NCBI RefSeq assembly: GCF_050282285.1 | Contig: NZ_JBLZZJ010000013.1 | DNA length: 64,000 nucleotides | DNA from: Pseudomonas sp. | Lineage (GTDB): Bacteria > Pseudomonadota > Gammaproteobacteria > Pseudomonadales > Pseudomonadaceae | Reading direction: 5' to 3' (one strand) | Shown here: piece after piece, positions 43,101 to 52,241 of the stretch | Layout: each line of letters begins with the position of its first letter | How positions within the stretch are numbered: position 1 is the stretch's first letter | Made by a program: the position numbers and the translations under genes | Notes under the pieces: model-generated | Databases searched by the model: none | Told to the model about the DNA's origin: nothing | Seen by the model: only the letters and a program-made list of their open reading frames with translations

Positions 43101-43141
43101 GTGGGTGTTTCATAGGCATCAGACAACTAGAAACATCGATC

Positions 43142-43218
43142 TGGCGCACTCGGCGGGATTCGAACCCACGACCCCTGCCTTCGGAGGGCAGTACTCTATC
43201 CAGCTGAGCTACGAGTGC
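43142..43218 (-). tRNA. tRNA-Arg (anticodon CCG)
   Basis: The reverse complement is GCACTCGTAGCTCAGCTGGATAGAGTACTGCCCTCCGAAGGCAGGGGTCGTGGGTTCGAATCCCGCCGAGTGCGCCA. It folds by hand into a 77-nt cloverleaf with a 7-bp acceptor stem, GTGGG/CCCGC T-stem, TTCGAAT T-loop, anticodon loop CT-CCG-AA and an encoded CCA. Confidence 0.93.
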
Positions 43219-43564
43219 GTTGCGGGGCGCAATCATACGCATCTCGCTGGTGCGCGTCCATGCTGCCGGCTTGTTCGTGATTTCACACGAAAGGATGACG
43301 CAACCGGGCCGGTGATCAGAAAAATGTCAGTCAAACGGCTGTTTCGTTAATTTTTTCGAACGGAGTATTGCCCTTTACCCCTCGCGACCCTAGGATTCGT
43401 TTGAGATTTCAAACGCTCGCCCCGCCTCGCTTCGGAACTCCGGGCAAATTGTCCCGCTCGTAGTACTGACAGGCGTTGCGCACGCCAGACCATGACCATT
43501 CCCAAGCCCTTCGGTGGCTGATGACAACTGTCCGACGCCAGGGTGTCGGATCGAGGAGACTGCC

Positions 43565-45013
43565 ATGCAATTGAAAGACACCCAGCTGTTCCGTCAGCAG
43601 GCGTATATCGACGGCACCTGGTTGGACGCCGACAGTGGCCAGACCATCAAGGTCAATAACCCGGCCACCGGCGAGATCCTCGGCAGCGTGCCGAAAATGG
43701 GCGCTGCGGAAACCCGCCGCGCCATCGAAGCCGCCGACCGCGCCCTGCCGGCCTGGCGTGCCCTGACCGCCAAGGAACGCGCGAACAAGCTGCGCCGCTG
43801 GTTCGAACTGCTGATGGAAAACCAGGACGACCTCGGCCGCCTGATGACCCTGGAACAGGGCAAGCCGCTGGCCGAGGCCAAGGGCGAGATCGCCTACGCC
43901 GCCTCCTTTATCGAGTGGTTCGCCGAAGAAGCCAAGCGCGTGTATGGCGACGTGATCCCGGGCCACCAGCCGGACAAGCGCCTGATCGTGATGAAGCAGC
44001 CGATCGGCGTGACCGCCGCGATCACCCCGTGGAACTTCCCGGCCGCGATGATCACCCGCAAGGCCGGCCCGGCCCTGGCCGCCGGCTGCACCATGGTCAT
44101 CAAGCCGGCCTCGCAGACCCCGTTCTCCGCCCTGGCGCTGGTCGAGCTGGCGCACCGTGCCGGCATCCCGAAAGGCGTGCTCAGCGTGGTGACCGGCAGC
44201 GCCGGTGAAGTGGGCGGCGAGCTGACCAGCAACCCGATCGTGCGCAAGCTGAGCTTCACCGGTTCCACCGAGATCGGCCGCCAGCTGATGGCCGAGTGCG
44301 CCAAGGACATCAAGAAGGTGTCGCTGGAGCTGGGCGGCAACGCGCCCTTTATCGTGTTCGATGATGCCGACCTGGATGCCGCTGTCGAAGGCGCGCTGAT
44401 TTCCAAGTACCGCAACAACGGCCAGACCTGCGTCTGCGCCAACCGCATCTATGTGCAGGATGGCGTGTACGACGCCTTCGCCAAGAAGCTGGCCGACGCG
44501 GTCGCCAAGCTGAAGATCGGCAACGGCCTGGAAGAAGGCACCACCACCGGCCCGCTGATCGACAACAAGGCCGTGGCCAAGGTCCAGGAGCACATCGAAG
44601 ACGCGCTGAGCAAGGGTGCCAAGCTGCTCACCGGCGGCAAGCCCCACGCGCTGGGCGGCAGCTTCTTCGAGCCGACCATCCTGATCGACGTGCCGAAGAC
44701 CGCTGCGGTGGCCAAGGAAGAAACCTTCGGCCCGCTGGCACCGCTGTTCCGCTTCAAGGACGAGGCCGAAGTGATCGCCATGTCCAACGACACCGAGTTC
44801 GGCCTGGCCTCCTACTTCTATGCCCGCGACCTGGGCCGCGTGTTCCGCGTGGCGGAAGCGCTGGAGTACGGGATGGTGGGCATCAATACCGGCCTGATTT
44901 CCAACGAGGTGGCACCGTTCGGCGGCGTGAAGGCGTCGGGTCTGGGCCGTGAGGGTTCCAAGTACGGGATCGAGGACTACCTGGAGATCAAGTACCTCTG
45001 CCTCGGTATCTGA
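43565..45013 (+). CDS. gabD: Succinate-semialdehyde dehydrogenase (NADP+)
   Basis: 482 aa counted from the ATG at 43565, which follows GAGGAG. Aldehyde dehydrogenase motifs are present (ITPWNFP, ELGGNAP with catalytic Glu, NNGQTCVCANR with catalytic Cys). It lies immediately upstream of gabT. Confidence 0.9.
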   Translation: MQLKDTQLFRQQAYIDGTWLDADSGQTIKVNNPATGEILGSVPKMGAAETRRAIEAADRALPAWRALTAKERANKLRRWFELLMENQDDLGRLMTLEQGKPLAEAKGEIAYAASFIEWFAEEAKRVYGDVIPGHQPDKRLIVMKQPIGVTAAITPWNFPAAMITRKAGPALAAGCTMVIKPASQTPFSALALVELAHRAGIPKGVLSVVTGSAGEVGGELTSNPIVRKLSFTGSTEIGRQLMAECAKDIKKVSLELGGNAPFIVFDDADLDAAVEGALISKYRNNGQTCVCANRIYVQDGVYDAFAKKLADAVAKLKIGNGLEEGTTTGPLIDNKAVAKVQEHIEDALSKGAKLLTGGKPHALGGSFFEPTILIDVPKTAAVAKEETFGPLAPLFRFKDEAEVIAMSNDTEFGLASYFYARDLGRVFRVAEALEYGMVGINTGLISNEVAPFGGVKASGLGREGSKYGIEDYLEIKYLCLGI

Positions 45014-45036
45014 GGTCAGGTAAGAAATTGCAGCAA

Positions 45037-45073
45037 ACGCAAAGGGCACGAGAGCGCTGACCCTTTGCGTGTT
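45037..45073 (+). terminator. Hairpin after gabD (possible attenuating terminator)
   Basis: acgcaaaggg-14 nt loop-ccctttgcgt followed by gttt. Confidence 0.4.
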
Positions 45074-45196
45074 TCACACCGTTACTCGCAGTGGCCGGGA
45101 AAGCTGGGGCAGTCGATCATCGCATGCTGCCGTAGTTGCCTCCCCGCCACGTAATCCTTGAACCACGCCGACCGATGAGCGGCGAATGAGGACGTC

Positions 45197-46477
45197 ATGA
45201 GCAAGACCAACGAATCCCTGATGCAACGCCGCACCGCTGCCGTTCCACGCGGCGTGGGCCAGATCCACCCGATCTTCGCCGAATCGGCGAAGAACTCCAC
45301 CGTGACGGACGTCGAAGGGCGCGAGTTCATAGATTTTGCCGGCGGCATCGCGGTGCTCAACACCGGCCACCTGCACCCGAAGGTGATCGCGGCAGTGCAG
45401 GAGCAGCTGGGCAAGCTGACCCACACCTGCTTCCAGGTGCTGGCGTATGAGCCCTATGTGGAGCTGTGCGAGAAGATCAACGCCAAGGTGCCGGGCGACT
45501 TCGACAAGAAGACCCTGCTGGTGACCACCGGCTCGGAAGCGGTGGAAAACGCCGTGAAGATTGCCCGCGCCGCCACCGGCCGCGCCGGGGTGATCGCTTT
45601 CACCGGCGGCTACCATGGTCGCACCATGATGACCCTGGGCCTGACCGGCAAGGTGGTGCCGTACTCCGCCGGCATGGGCCTGATGCCGGGCGGCATCTTC
45701 CGCGCCCAGTACCCGTGCGAGCTGCATGGCGTGAGCGTGGATGACGCCATCGCCAGCATCGAGCGCATCTTCAAGAATGACGCCGAGCCGAAAGACATCG
45801 CCGCGATCATCATCGAGCCGGTGCAGGGCGAGGGTGGTTTCTACGTGGCGCCGAAGGCCTTCATGCAGCGCCTGCGTGCGCTGTGCGACCAGCACGGCAT
45901 CCTGCTGATCGCCGACGAAGTGCAGACTGGCGCCGGCCGTACCGGCACCTTCTTCGCCATGGAGCAGATGGGCGTGGTCGCTGACCTGACCACCTTTGCC
46001 AAGTCCATCGCCGGCGGTTTCCCGCTGGCCGGTGTGTGCGGCAAGGCCGAGTACATGGACGCCATCGCCCCGGGCGGCCTGGGCGGCACCTACGCCGGTA
46101 ACCCGCTGTCCTGCGCCGCGGCCCTGGCCGTGATGGAGGTGTTCGAGGAAGAGCACCTGCTGGACCGCTGCAAGGCTGTCGGCGAGCGCCTGGTGACCGG
46201 CCTCAAGGCCATCCAGGCCAAGCACAAATCGATCGGTGATGTGCGTGCCCTGGGCGCGATGATCGCGGTCGAGGTGTTCCAGGGTGGCGATCACCACAAG
46301 CCGTACGCCGCGCTGGTCGGCCAGGTGGTGGCCAAGGCCCGCGACAAGGGCCTGATCCTGCTGTCGTGCGGCACCTACGGCAACGTCCTGCGCGTGCTGG
46401 TGCCGATCACCGCCGACGACGCCCTGCTCGACAAGGGCCTGGCGATCATCGCCGAGTGCTTTGACGAACTGGCCTGA
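45197..46477 (+). CDS. gabT: 4-aminobutyrate aminotransferase
   Basis: 426 aa class-III aminotransferase (LNTGHLHPKV, TGSEAVENAVKIAR, ADEVQTGAGRTG, TFAKSIAGGFPL with the PLP Lys). Confidence 0.93.
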   Translation: MSKTNESLMQRRTAAVPRGVGQIHPIFAESAKNSTVTDVEGREFIDFAGGIAVLNTGHLHPKVIAAVQEQLGKLTHTCFQVLAYEPYVELCEKINAKVPGDFDKKTLLVTTGSEAVENAVKIARAATGRAGVIAFTGGYHGRTMMTLGLTGKVVPYSAGMGLMPGGIFRAQYPCELHGVSVDDAIASIERIFKNDAEPKDIAAIIIEPVQGEGGFYVAPKAFMQRLRALCDQHGILLIADEVQTGAGRTGTFFAMEQMGVVADLTTFAKSIAGGFPLAGVCGKAEYMDAIAPGGLGGTYAGNPLSCAAALAVMEVFEEEHLLDRCKAVGERLVTGLKAIQAKHKSIGDVRALGAMIAVEVFQGGDHHKPYAALVGQVVAKARDKGLILLSCGTYGNVLRVLVPITADDALLDKGLAIIAECFDELA

Positions 46478-46494
46478 TTTCCAGCCGGATAAAA

Positions 46495-46520
46495 AGACCC
46501 GCTTCGGCGGGTCTTTTTTT
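46495..46520 (+). terminator. Rho-independent terminator of gabT
   Basis: agacccgc-ttcg-gcgggtct followed by tttttt. Confidence 0.85.
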
Positions 46521-46560
46521 GCCTGTCATAACCCGTCGGCGGTCTCGCATTGGGCGCATG

Positions 46561-47005
46561 TGGTGGGTTACGGCGCATTCGATTCGTGCGGCGTTGCGTC
46601 GTGCGCGGTTCGTGCGCCTAACCCACCCTACGGGTTCGGTGGGGCTTTCGTAGGGTGGGTTAGGGGCGCTTGGAGATCTTGGGGGATACCGCGCAATCGG
46701 CGAGCCCCGTAACCCACCATTGGCCGTCGGACCGGAGTGCATTCTGGTGGGTTATGGCGCATCCGGTTCGTGCGGTGTTGTGTCGTGCGCGGCCCGTGCG
46801 CCTAACCCACCCTACGGGTTTGGTGGGATGGCTTCGTAGGGTGGGTTAGGGGTGCGTGGTGATATTGGGTGGTACCCGCGCAATCGGCGCGCCCCGTAAC
46901 CCACCATTGGCCGTCGGATCGGGGTGCGTTCTGGTGGGTTACGGCGCATTCGGTTCGTGCGGTGTTGCGTCGTGCGTGGTTCGTGCGCCTAACCCACCCT
47001 AGGGG
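46561..47005. repeat. About 2.4 tandem copies of a 185-186 bp unit built from nested inverted repeats
   Basis: Units start with tggtgggtta(c/t)ggcgc at 46561, 46746 and 46932. Each unit holds gcgcctaacccaccctacg / cgtagggtgggttagggg and ccgtaacccacc / ggtgggttacgg palindromes. By eye the copies are roughly 85-90% identical. Confidence 0.85.
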
Positions 47006-49899
47006 TTGGTGAGTTCGGCGGGGGTGGTGGCGTCGTCGGCCAGTCGGGCCAGGGGTTGGGGGCGGTCGATGAAGTAGCCCTGGGCGTAGTCGATGCCCAG
47101 GTCGCGCAGGCAGTCGAGGGTGGTCTGGTGTTCGACGAATTCGGCCACGGTCTGCAGGCCGAGCTGTTCGGCGATCTGCTGCATGGAGCGGACCATGGCC
47201 TGGTTGATCGGGTCGTTTTCGATGCCGACGATGAAGCTGCCGTCGATCTTCAGGATATCCAGCGGCAGGTGACGCAGGTAGGCGTAAGAGGCGAAGCCGC
47301 TGCCGAAGTCGTCCAGCGCGACCTTGAGGCCCTGGTCGCGCAGCTGGCTGATCCACTGCGATGACACGCCCAGCTCGCCCAGCGCCACCATCTCGGTGAC
47401 TTCGATGCACAGCTTGTTGGCCGGTATCCGGTGGCGTTGCAGCTCGCTGTGCAGCAATTGGTGGAACTCGGCGTCCAGCAGCGAGCTGGCGCTGAGGTTG
47501 ATGTTGACCTGGGCCAATTGCCCCATGTGCTCCGGGTTGTTGGCCAGCCACTGCAGCAGTTGCTGGATCACCCAGCGGTCGATGGCGCCGAGGAAGCCGT
47601 AGCGCTCCGCCGCGCTGAGGAACTCGCCGGGGCTGACCCACTTGCCGCTCTGCGGGTCGTGGTAGCGCAGCAGCACTTCGTAGTGCAGGCCGTCGGCGGG
47701 CTTCTGCAGCGGCATCACCGGCTGGAAGAACAGCTCGAAGTGCGCGTGGTCGATGGCTTCGCGCAGGCGGGTGATCCACTGCAGCTGGCGCTGGTGCTCG
47801 AGCAGGGCGCCGTCGCCGGGGTTGAACTGCTGCACCCGATTGCGGCCCTGGTGCTTGGCTTGCTGGCTGGCGCTGTCGGCCCAGTTCAATGCGGTTTCCC
47901 AATCGCTCACGCCGTCGCCCAGGGCCAGCAGGCCGATGCTGGCGTACACCCGGAACGGCCGCCCCTGCCAGGTGAAGACGAATTGCTCGACGCAGGCGCG
48001 CAGGTGTTCGGCCTGGAGCATGCCGGCGGCATCGTCTGCCTCGCGCAGCAGGATGGCGAACTCGTCGCCGCCGATGCGCGCCAGGTCGGCGTGCCGCGGC
48101 AGGTGGCTGAGCAGGTGGCCGGAGAGCTGGCGCAGCAACTGGTCGCCGGCGGAATGCCCGCACAGGTCGTTGACGTGCTTGAACTGGTCCAGGTCCAGGC
48201 ACAGCAGGTGGCTGAAGCGGCGCTTGCTGCTGCCGGTGAGGCTGTCCTGCAGCAGGCGCTCCAGCTCGCGGCGGTTGAGCAGGCCGGTCAGCGAATCGCG
48301 CGAGGCCAGCACTTGCAGGCGCTCTTCCAGGGCGCGTCGTTCGCTGAGGTCGACGACGATGCCTTCGATGCAGTCCTGGGCGATGCGCAGGTGCAGCGAC
48401 AGGTAGATCCAGTGCGCCTGGCCCTGCTGGTCGAAGACCTGGCATTCCTGGCTGACGGCGGTCTGGCTGGGGCTCAGGCTGGCGGCCAGGGCCTGCCACT
48501 GATCGTCGCCGAGCAGTTGCTGGATCGGCGTGCCGACCAGTGCGTCCGGGCTTTCGCTGGCCTCCAGGAAGCGCGCCAGGCTCGGGTTGACCTCCAGCAG
48601 GGTGCCGGAGCGGGTGCAGCGGAAAATCCCTTCGCTGGCACTGCGGAACAGCGCTTGGTACTGCTCCAGGTTACCGATGGCCTGGGCCTGGCTGTGCAGC
48701 AGGGCGCGGCGCACCCGCTCCAGCTGTTTGTCGAGCAGGGCGCCGAACAGCAGCATGCTGATCGCCGGCAGGTAGGCGTGCAGGTAGTTGAAGCCCGGCG
48801 GCAGCGGGATGTAGCCGGCGCGGCTGAGCGGCACCAGCAGCATCAACACCAGCGCAGTGCTCCAGCACAGCAGGTAGCCCAGGGCGTAGGGCCGCCGCTG
48901 GTAGAGGCCGAGCAGGGCGAAGCTCAGCTGCACCAGGCCGGTCAGCAGGATCAGCACGTTGAGGGTGCGGTAGGCATTGGCGCTGCCCTCCACGGCGCTC
49001 CAGCCGCACACCAGCACCACCAGCACGAACAGCCCGTTGCGCAGGTGCCGCAGGCGGCCCAGGCGCAGCTTCAGGGCGCTGGTGAGGAACAGCGTGCTGA
49101 AGATCAGCATCACTGGCGTCGAGAGGTTGGTCATCAGGCTGGTGAAGCCGGGCCAGTCCGGCACCAGCATGGCGTTGATGCCGTGCAGCGAGGCGTTGTA
49201 CACCGCCACGCCGAATACGGTGATGCAGTAGTAGGCCAGTTGTGGCTCGCGCAGGGTGCTGTACTTGACCAGGTAGAACAGCGCGATGCCCAGCAGGGCG
49301 CCGATCAGCAGACCGCTCTGCAGCCAGCTGCGGGCGATCAGCAGGTTGCTCTGCTCGGCGCTGACCAGGTGCATGGGCAGGCTGATCGAGGAGCCGCTTT
49401 GCACCCGTACCAGTAGGGTCTGCGGGCCATGGCCTAGGCGGGGCAGGGCCAGCATCAGCTGCGGGTAGGGTTCGCCGCGCTGCAGGAAGGGCCGGTCATC
49501 GCCGCTGTAGAGCGCAGCCACGAAGTGTTCGCGGTCGTACAGCCAGACTTCCACGTCATCCAGGAAGGGGTGGGCGATCAGCAGGTTCAGGCGTTGCAGG
49601 GCGGGGGCTTCGAGGTTCAGCGCCGCCCACCAGACGCTGGTGGAATAGCCCATGCTGGGCGGGCCGCCGCTCGGCACGCCCTCGGCGCGGATGCGGGTCA
49701 GGGCTTCGAGGGGCGTCAGCAGGCCTTGCGGGTCTTCCAGCAGCAGGGCTTCGCGGATGGCGACCGGTGTCTGCAGCTGTTCGGCGCTCAGGTGCAGCGT
49801 CGGCAGGGCAGCGGCCAGCCCCTGCGGCAGCCAGAGGGCGGCGAGCAGGCCGAGCACGAAATGTCGTAGCAGCTGAGTCATCCTGGCGCCCAAATCCAT
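46999..49899 (-). CDS. 7TMR-DISM sensor / PAS / GGDEF / EAL c-di-GMP signalling protein
   Basis: 966 aa. A periplasmic DISMED2-like region is followed by 7 TM segments and a PAS domain. The GGDEF motif (RIGGDEFAILL) and EAL-domain motifs (EVTE..., DDFGSGFASYAYLRHLPLDILKIDGSF) are present. The start is either 49899 or 49881. Confidence 0.88.
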   Translation of the reverse strand: MDLGARMTQLLRHFVLGLLAALWLPQGLAAALPTLHLSAEQLQTPVAIREALLLEDPQGLLTPLEALTRIRAEGVPSGGPPSMGYSTSVWWAALNLEAPALQRLNLLIAHPFLDDVEVWLYDREHFVAALYSGDDRPFLQRGEPYPQLMLALPRLGHGPQTLLVRVQSGSSISLPMHLVSAEQSNLLIARSWLQSGLLIGALLGIALFYLVKYSTLREPQLAYYCITVFGVAVYNASLHGINAMLVPDWPGFTSLMTNLSTPVMLIFSTLFLTSALKLRLGRLRHLRNGLFVLVVLVCGWSAVEGSANAYRTLNVLILLTGLVQLSFALLGLYQRRPYALGYLLCWSTALVLMLLVPLSRAGYIPLPPGFNYLHAYLPAISMLLFGALLDKQLERVRRALLHSQAQAIGNLEQYQALFRSASEGIFRCTRSGTLLEVNPSLARFLEASESPDALVGTPIQQLLGDDQWQALAASLSPSQTAVSQECQVFDQQGQAHWIYLSLHLRIAQDCIEGIVVDLSERRALEERLQVLASRDSLTGLLNRRELERLLQDSLTGSSKRRFSHLLCLDLDQFKHVNDLCGHSAGDQLLRQLSGHLLSHLPRHADLARIGGDEFAILLREADDAAGMLQAEHLRACVEQFVFTWQGRPFRVYASIGLLALGDGVSDWETALNWADSASQQAKHQGRNRVQQFNPGDGALLEHQRQLQWITRLREAIDHAHFELFFQPVMPLQKPADGLHYEVLLRYHDPQSGKWVSPGEFLSAAERYGFLGAIDRWVIQQLLQWLANNPEHMGQLAQVNINLSASSLLDAEFHQLLHSELQRHRIPANKLCIEVTEMVALGELGVSSQWISQLRDQGLKVALDDFGSGFASYAYLRHLPLDILKIDGSFIVGIENDPINQAMVRSMQQIAEQLGLQTVAEFVEHQTTLDCLRDLGIDYAQGYFIDRPQPLARLADDATTPAELTNP

Positions 49900-50072
49900 A
49901 CTGCGATGGCGCCAGGCCCTGTCTTTCCGGGGCTCCGGGGACGGTCTGGCGCCCCTGCAGTCTAGCCGAACGCGACAGTCGTGATTGCGCTGGCGGTCTC
50001 ACTCGGCAGCAGTCGTCATTGGCCGATCGTCCGCTTGCGCCGCCCACCGCACTGGAGTAGGGCTCGGCGGGC

Positions 50073-51128
50073 TCAGGCGTTCGACTGTTGCGCCAGGGGG
50101 CTGACCTGTTCGCGCTGCGTCCAGCGGTTGGCCCGGGCGAAGGTGCCGAAGTCGTTGAAACGCACGCCGTGCTCGCGCATCACCCGGTGGGCGAAGGGCA
50201 CGGTCAGTTGGCGGATGTAGAACGGCTCCTTGACCACGAAATGGTGGATCGCATGGCTGCTGCCGAAGTTGAAGCAGAACGCCTGCAGCGGCCACAGCCA
50301 CCAGGGGTTGAGGACCTGGGTCTGCTGGATCACGTTGCCCGGCTCGACATCGCCGTAATAGTGCATGTTCGAGCTGATGAAGTGCAGGCAGAAGGTGCGC
50401 AGCACGTTGGGGCCGACCAGCACCACCACGGCGATGTTCACCGCGTTCATCACGCTCAGGGTGGTGGCCGACCAGGCGATGGGCGCCCCCATCAGGTTGG
50501 CGATGCCATCGAGGGCATGAAAGCCCAGAAACGCGTACCAGGTGCCCCAGTTCAACAGGCCCAGCGGCGCATAGACCTTCAGCGTGCGGCTGACGATCAT
50601 CCAGCGGTGCTGGCGGGTCTTGGCGCGCAGGAAGCGGATGAACGAGGACATCATGTTGTCGCCCACCATCAGCAGGCGGGCGATGCCCCAGGGCTCGCCG
50701 TTGGTGATGGCGCGCTCCTCCAGGTCCTGTTCGGTGCCGGAGAGCTTGTGGTGGTTGAGGTGCAGGTGGCGGCGCACCCAGGGGTTGATGGTGCTCGGCC
50801 GGGCCAGCCAGACCAGGCCCATCATCAGGTTGTGCGGCACCGGTTGTTTGCGAAAGTACATGGAGTGGATCAGGTCGTGCTCCAGCTCATGGGTCAGCGA
50901 GGCGAAGAACGCGTTGAGCAGCAGGCAGGCCCACCAGGCCAGGTGCCCGCCGAGGTACAGCGCCGCCGAGCCGATCATGCCGGCCAGGGCGAAGGCCAGG
51001 ATGCCGGCGCCGAGGGCGTCCTGGTGCTTGAGCAGCGGGAAGCGCTGGCGCAGCTCGACGCCATGGGCCATCACCTGTTCGCGAATGATCGCGGCACGTT
51101 GCTGGGCACTTGCGGGGGAATGGGACAT
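50073..51128 (-). CDS. Membrane fatty-acid desaturase family protein
   Basis: 351 aa counted from the ATG at 51128; the track ORF extends spuriously to 51875. It has three His boxes: HELEHD, HLNHH and HAIHH. Confidence 0.85.
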   Translation of the reverse strand: MSHSPASAQQRAAIIREQVMAHGVELRQRFPLLKHQDALGAGILAFALAGMIGSAALYLGGHLAWWACLLLNAFFASLTHELEHDLIHSMYFRKQPVPHNLMMGLVWLARPSTINPWVRRHLHLNHHKLSGTEQDLEERAITNGEPWGIARLLMVGDNMMSSFIRFLRAKTRQHRWMIVSRTLKVYAPLGLLNWGTWYAFLGFHALDGIANLMGAPIAWSATTLSVMNAVNIAVVVLVGPNVLRTFCLHFISSNMHYYGDVEPGNVIQQTQVLNPWWLWPLQAFCFNFGSSHAIHHFVVKEPFYIRQLTVPFAHRVMREHGVRFNDFGTFARANRWTQREQVSPLAQQSNA

Positions 51129-51227
51129 GCCTACATCCTCTTGTTGACTGTGCGGCCACTGTGCCGCCAGGCTCGAACGAGCGCCTGACCCTGAACGCCA
51201 ACCTGTTGACCGGACCCGCCAATCTGC

Positions 51228-52241
51228 ATGACTGACGAACCCACGACCCTGGCCAGCTGGACCCGCGCCCTGCGCAAGCAGCTGGATGCGCTGGGCCTGG
51301 ACAGCGCGGCGTTGTGCCAGGCGGCCGGGCTCGACCCCAGCCAGCTGGACGACCCCAACGGGCGCTGCCCGCTGTCGCGCACCACGCGCTTGTGGCAACT
51401 GGCGGTCGAAGCCAGCGGCGACCCGGCCCTGGGGCTGAAGACCTCGCAGTTCGTCAGCCCCACCACCTTCCATGCCCTGGGTTACGCGTTGCTCGCCAGC
51501 AGCAGCCTGCGCGAGATGTTCGAGCGCATCGTGCGCTACCACCGGGTGGTCAGCGATGCCCTGGAGCTGGTGCTGCACGAAACGCCCCAGGCCTACGAAT
51601 TCCGCTTTCGCGTGCCGCCCGGCAGCCCGGTACCGGCCCCCGAGGCGCTGGATGCCTTCGCCGCGATCTACGTGCGCAGTTGCCGCAATCGCCTGGGGCG
51701 TGATTTCGCGCCGCTGGCGGTGCACCTGCAACGTCCCGCGCCGGCCGACCCGCAGCCCTGGCAGGCGGTGTTCCGCGCCCCGGTGCACTTCGGCGCCGAG
51801 GACAACCTGCTGCGTTTTTCCCGCACGGCCTTCGAGCAGCGCCTGGACGACGGCAACCCGGAGCTGGCCGAGCATAACGAGCGTGCCCTGGAACGCAGTC
51901 TCGAGCGTCTACAACCGGCAACCTGGAGCAGCCGCGTGCGCGCTTGCCTGGCGGCGCAGCTGCCGGACGGCGAGCCGTCGGCCGAGCGCGTCGCCCAGAC
52001 CCTGCACCTGAGCCTGCGCAGCCTGCAGCGGCACCTGGCCGACGAGGGCACGGGGTACGAAAGCCTGCTCAGCGAGACCCGCCACAGCCTCGCGGTGCAG
52101 CACATGCGGGACCCACGTTGCAGCATCAGTGAAATTGCCTACCTGCTGGGGTTCGCCGACACCAGCAGTTTCAGTCGCGCATTCAAACGCTGGACCGGGC
52201 AGGCGCCCAGCCAGTACCGGGAAGGACTCGAACGCTCATGA
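51228..52241 (+). CDS. AraC-family transcriptional regulator
   Basis: 337 aa with an N-terminal arabinose-binding-like region. The C-terminal AraC HTH reads ISEIAYLLGFADTSSFSRAFKRWTGQAPSQYR. Confidence 0.88.
   Translation: MTDEPTTLASWTRALRKQLDALGLDSAALCQAAGLDPSQLDDPNGRCPLSRTTRLWQLAVEASGDPALGLKTSQFVSPTTFHALGYALLASSSLREMFERIVRYHRVVSDALELVLHETPQAYEFRFRVPPGSPVPAPEALDAFAAIYVRSCRNRLGRDFAPLAVHLQRPAPADPQPWQAVFRAPVHFGAEDNLLRFSRTAFEQRLDDGNPELAEHNERALERSLERLQPATWSSRVRACLAAQLPDGEPSAERVAQTLHLSLRSLQRHLADEGTGYESLLSETRHSLAVQHMRDPRCSISEIAYLLGFADTSSFSRAFKRWTGQAPSQYREGLERS

Larger units (their letters stand above)
38639..43155. mobile_element. Integrase-less genomic islet at tRNA-Arg(CCG) carrying the AAA+ ATPase / S8 protease operon
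   Basis: It is bounded by direct repeats. The core is AT-rich: hand counts of single 60-nt lines give about 38% G+C at 41221-41280 against about 62% at 43621-43680. A displaced terminator sits outside the left repeat. No recombinase ORF is present. Confidence 0.6.

Noticed and set aside
38640-43140. Search for an integrase, transposase or toxin-antitoxin pair in the islet.
   Set aside because: No ORF in any frame shows recombinase motifs (R..H..R..Y or DDE). Only the ATPase, the protease and one degenerate ORF are present.
43000-43242. 80-aa ORF overlapping the tRNA.
   Set aside because: It is fully explained by tRNA-Arg and its terminator. There is no RBS and the composition is implausible.
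43409-45049. 546-aa minus-strand ORF opposite gabD. Analogous antisense ORFs lie opposite lafK (3613..5016), gabT (45074..46297), the GGDEF/EAL gene (47431..49416), the GS-like gene (55144..56691) and the oxidase gene (56874..58610).
   Set aside because: These are shadow ORFs of well-supported genes on the other strand.
46561-47005. Possible CRISPR array. The same question was considered for 58264-58805.
   Set aside because: The units are 185-210 bp and diverged. They consist entirely of repeated palindromes with no unique spacers, and there are no cas genes. These are tandem REP-like arrays.
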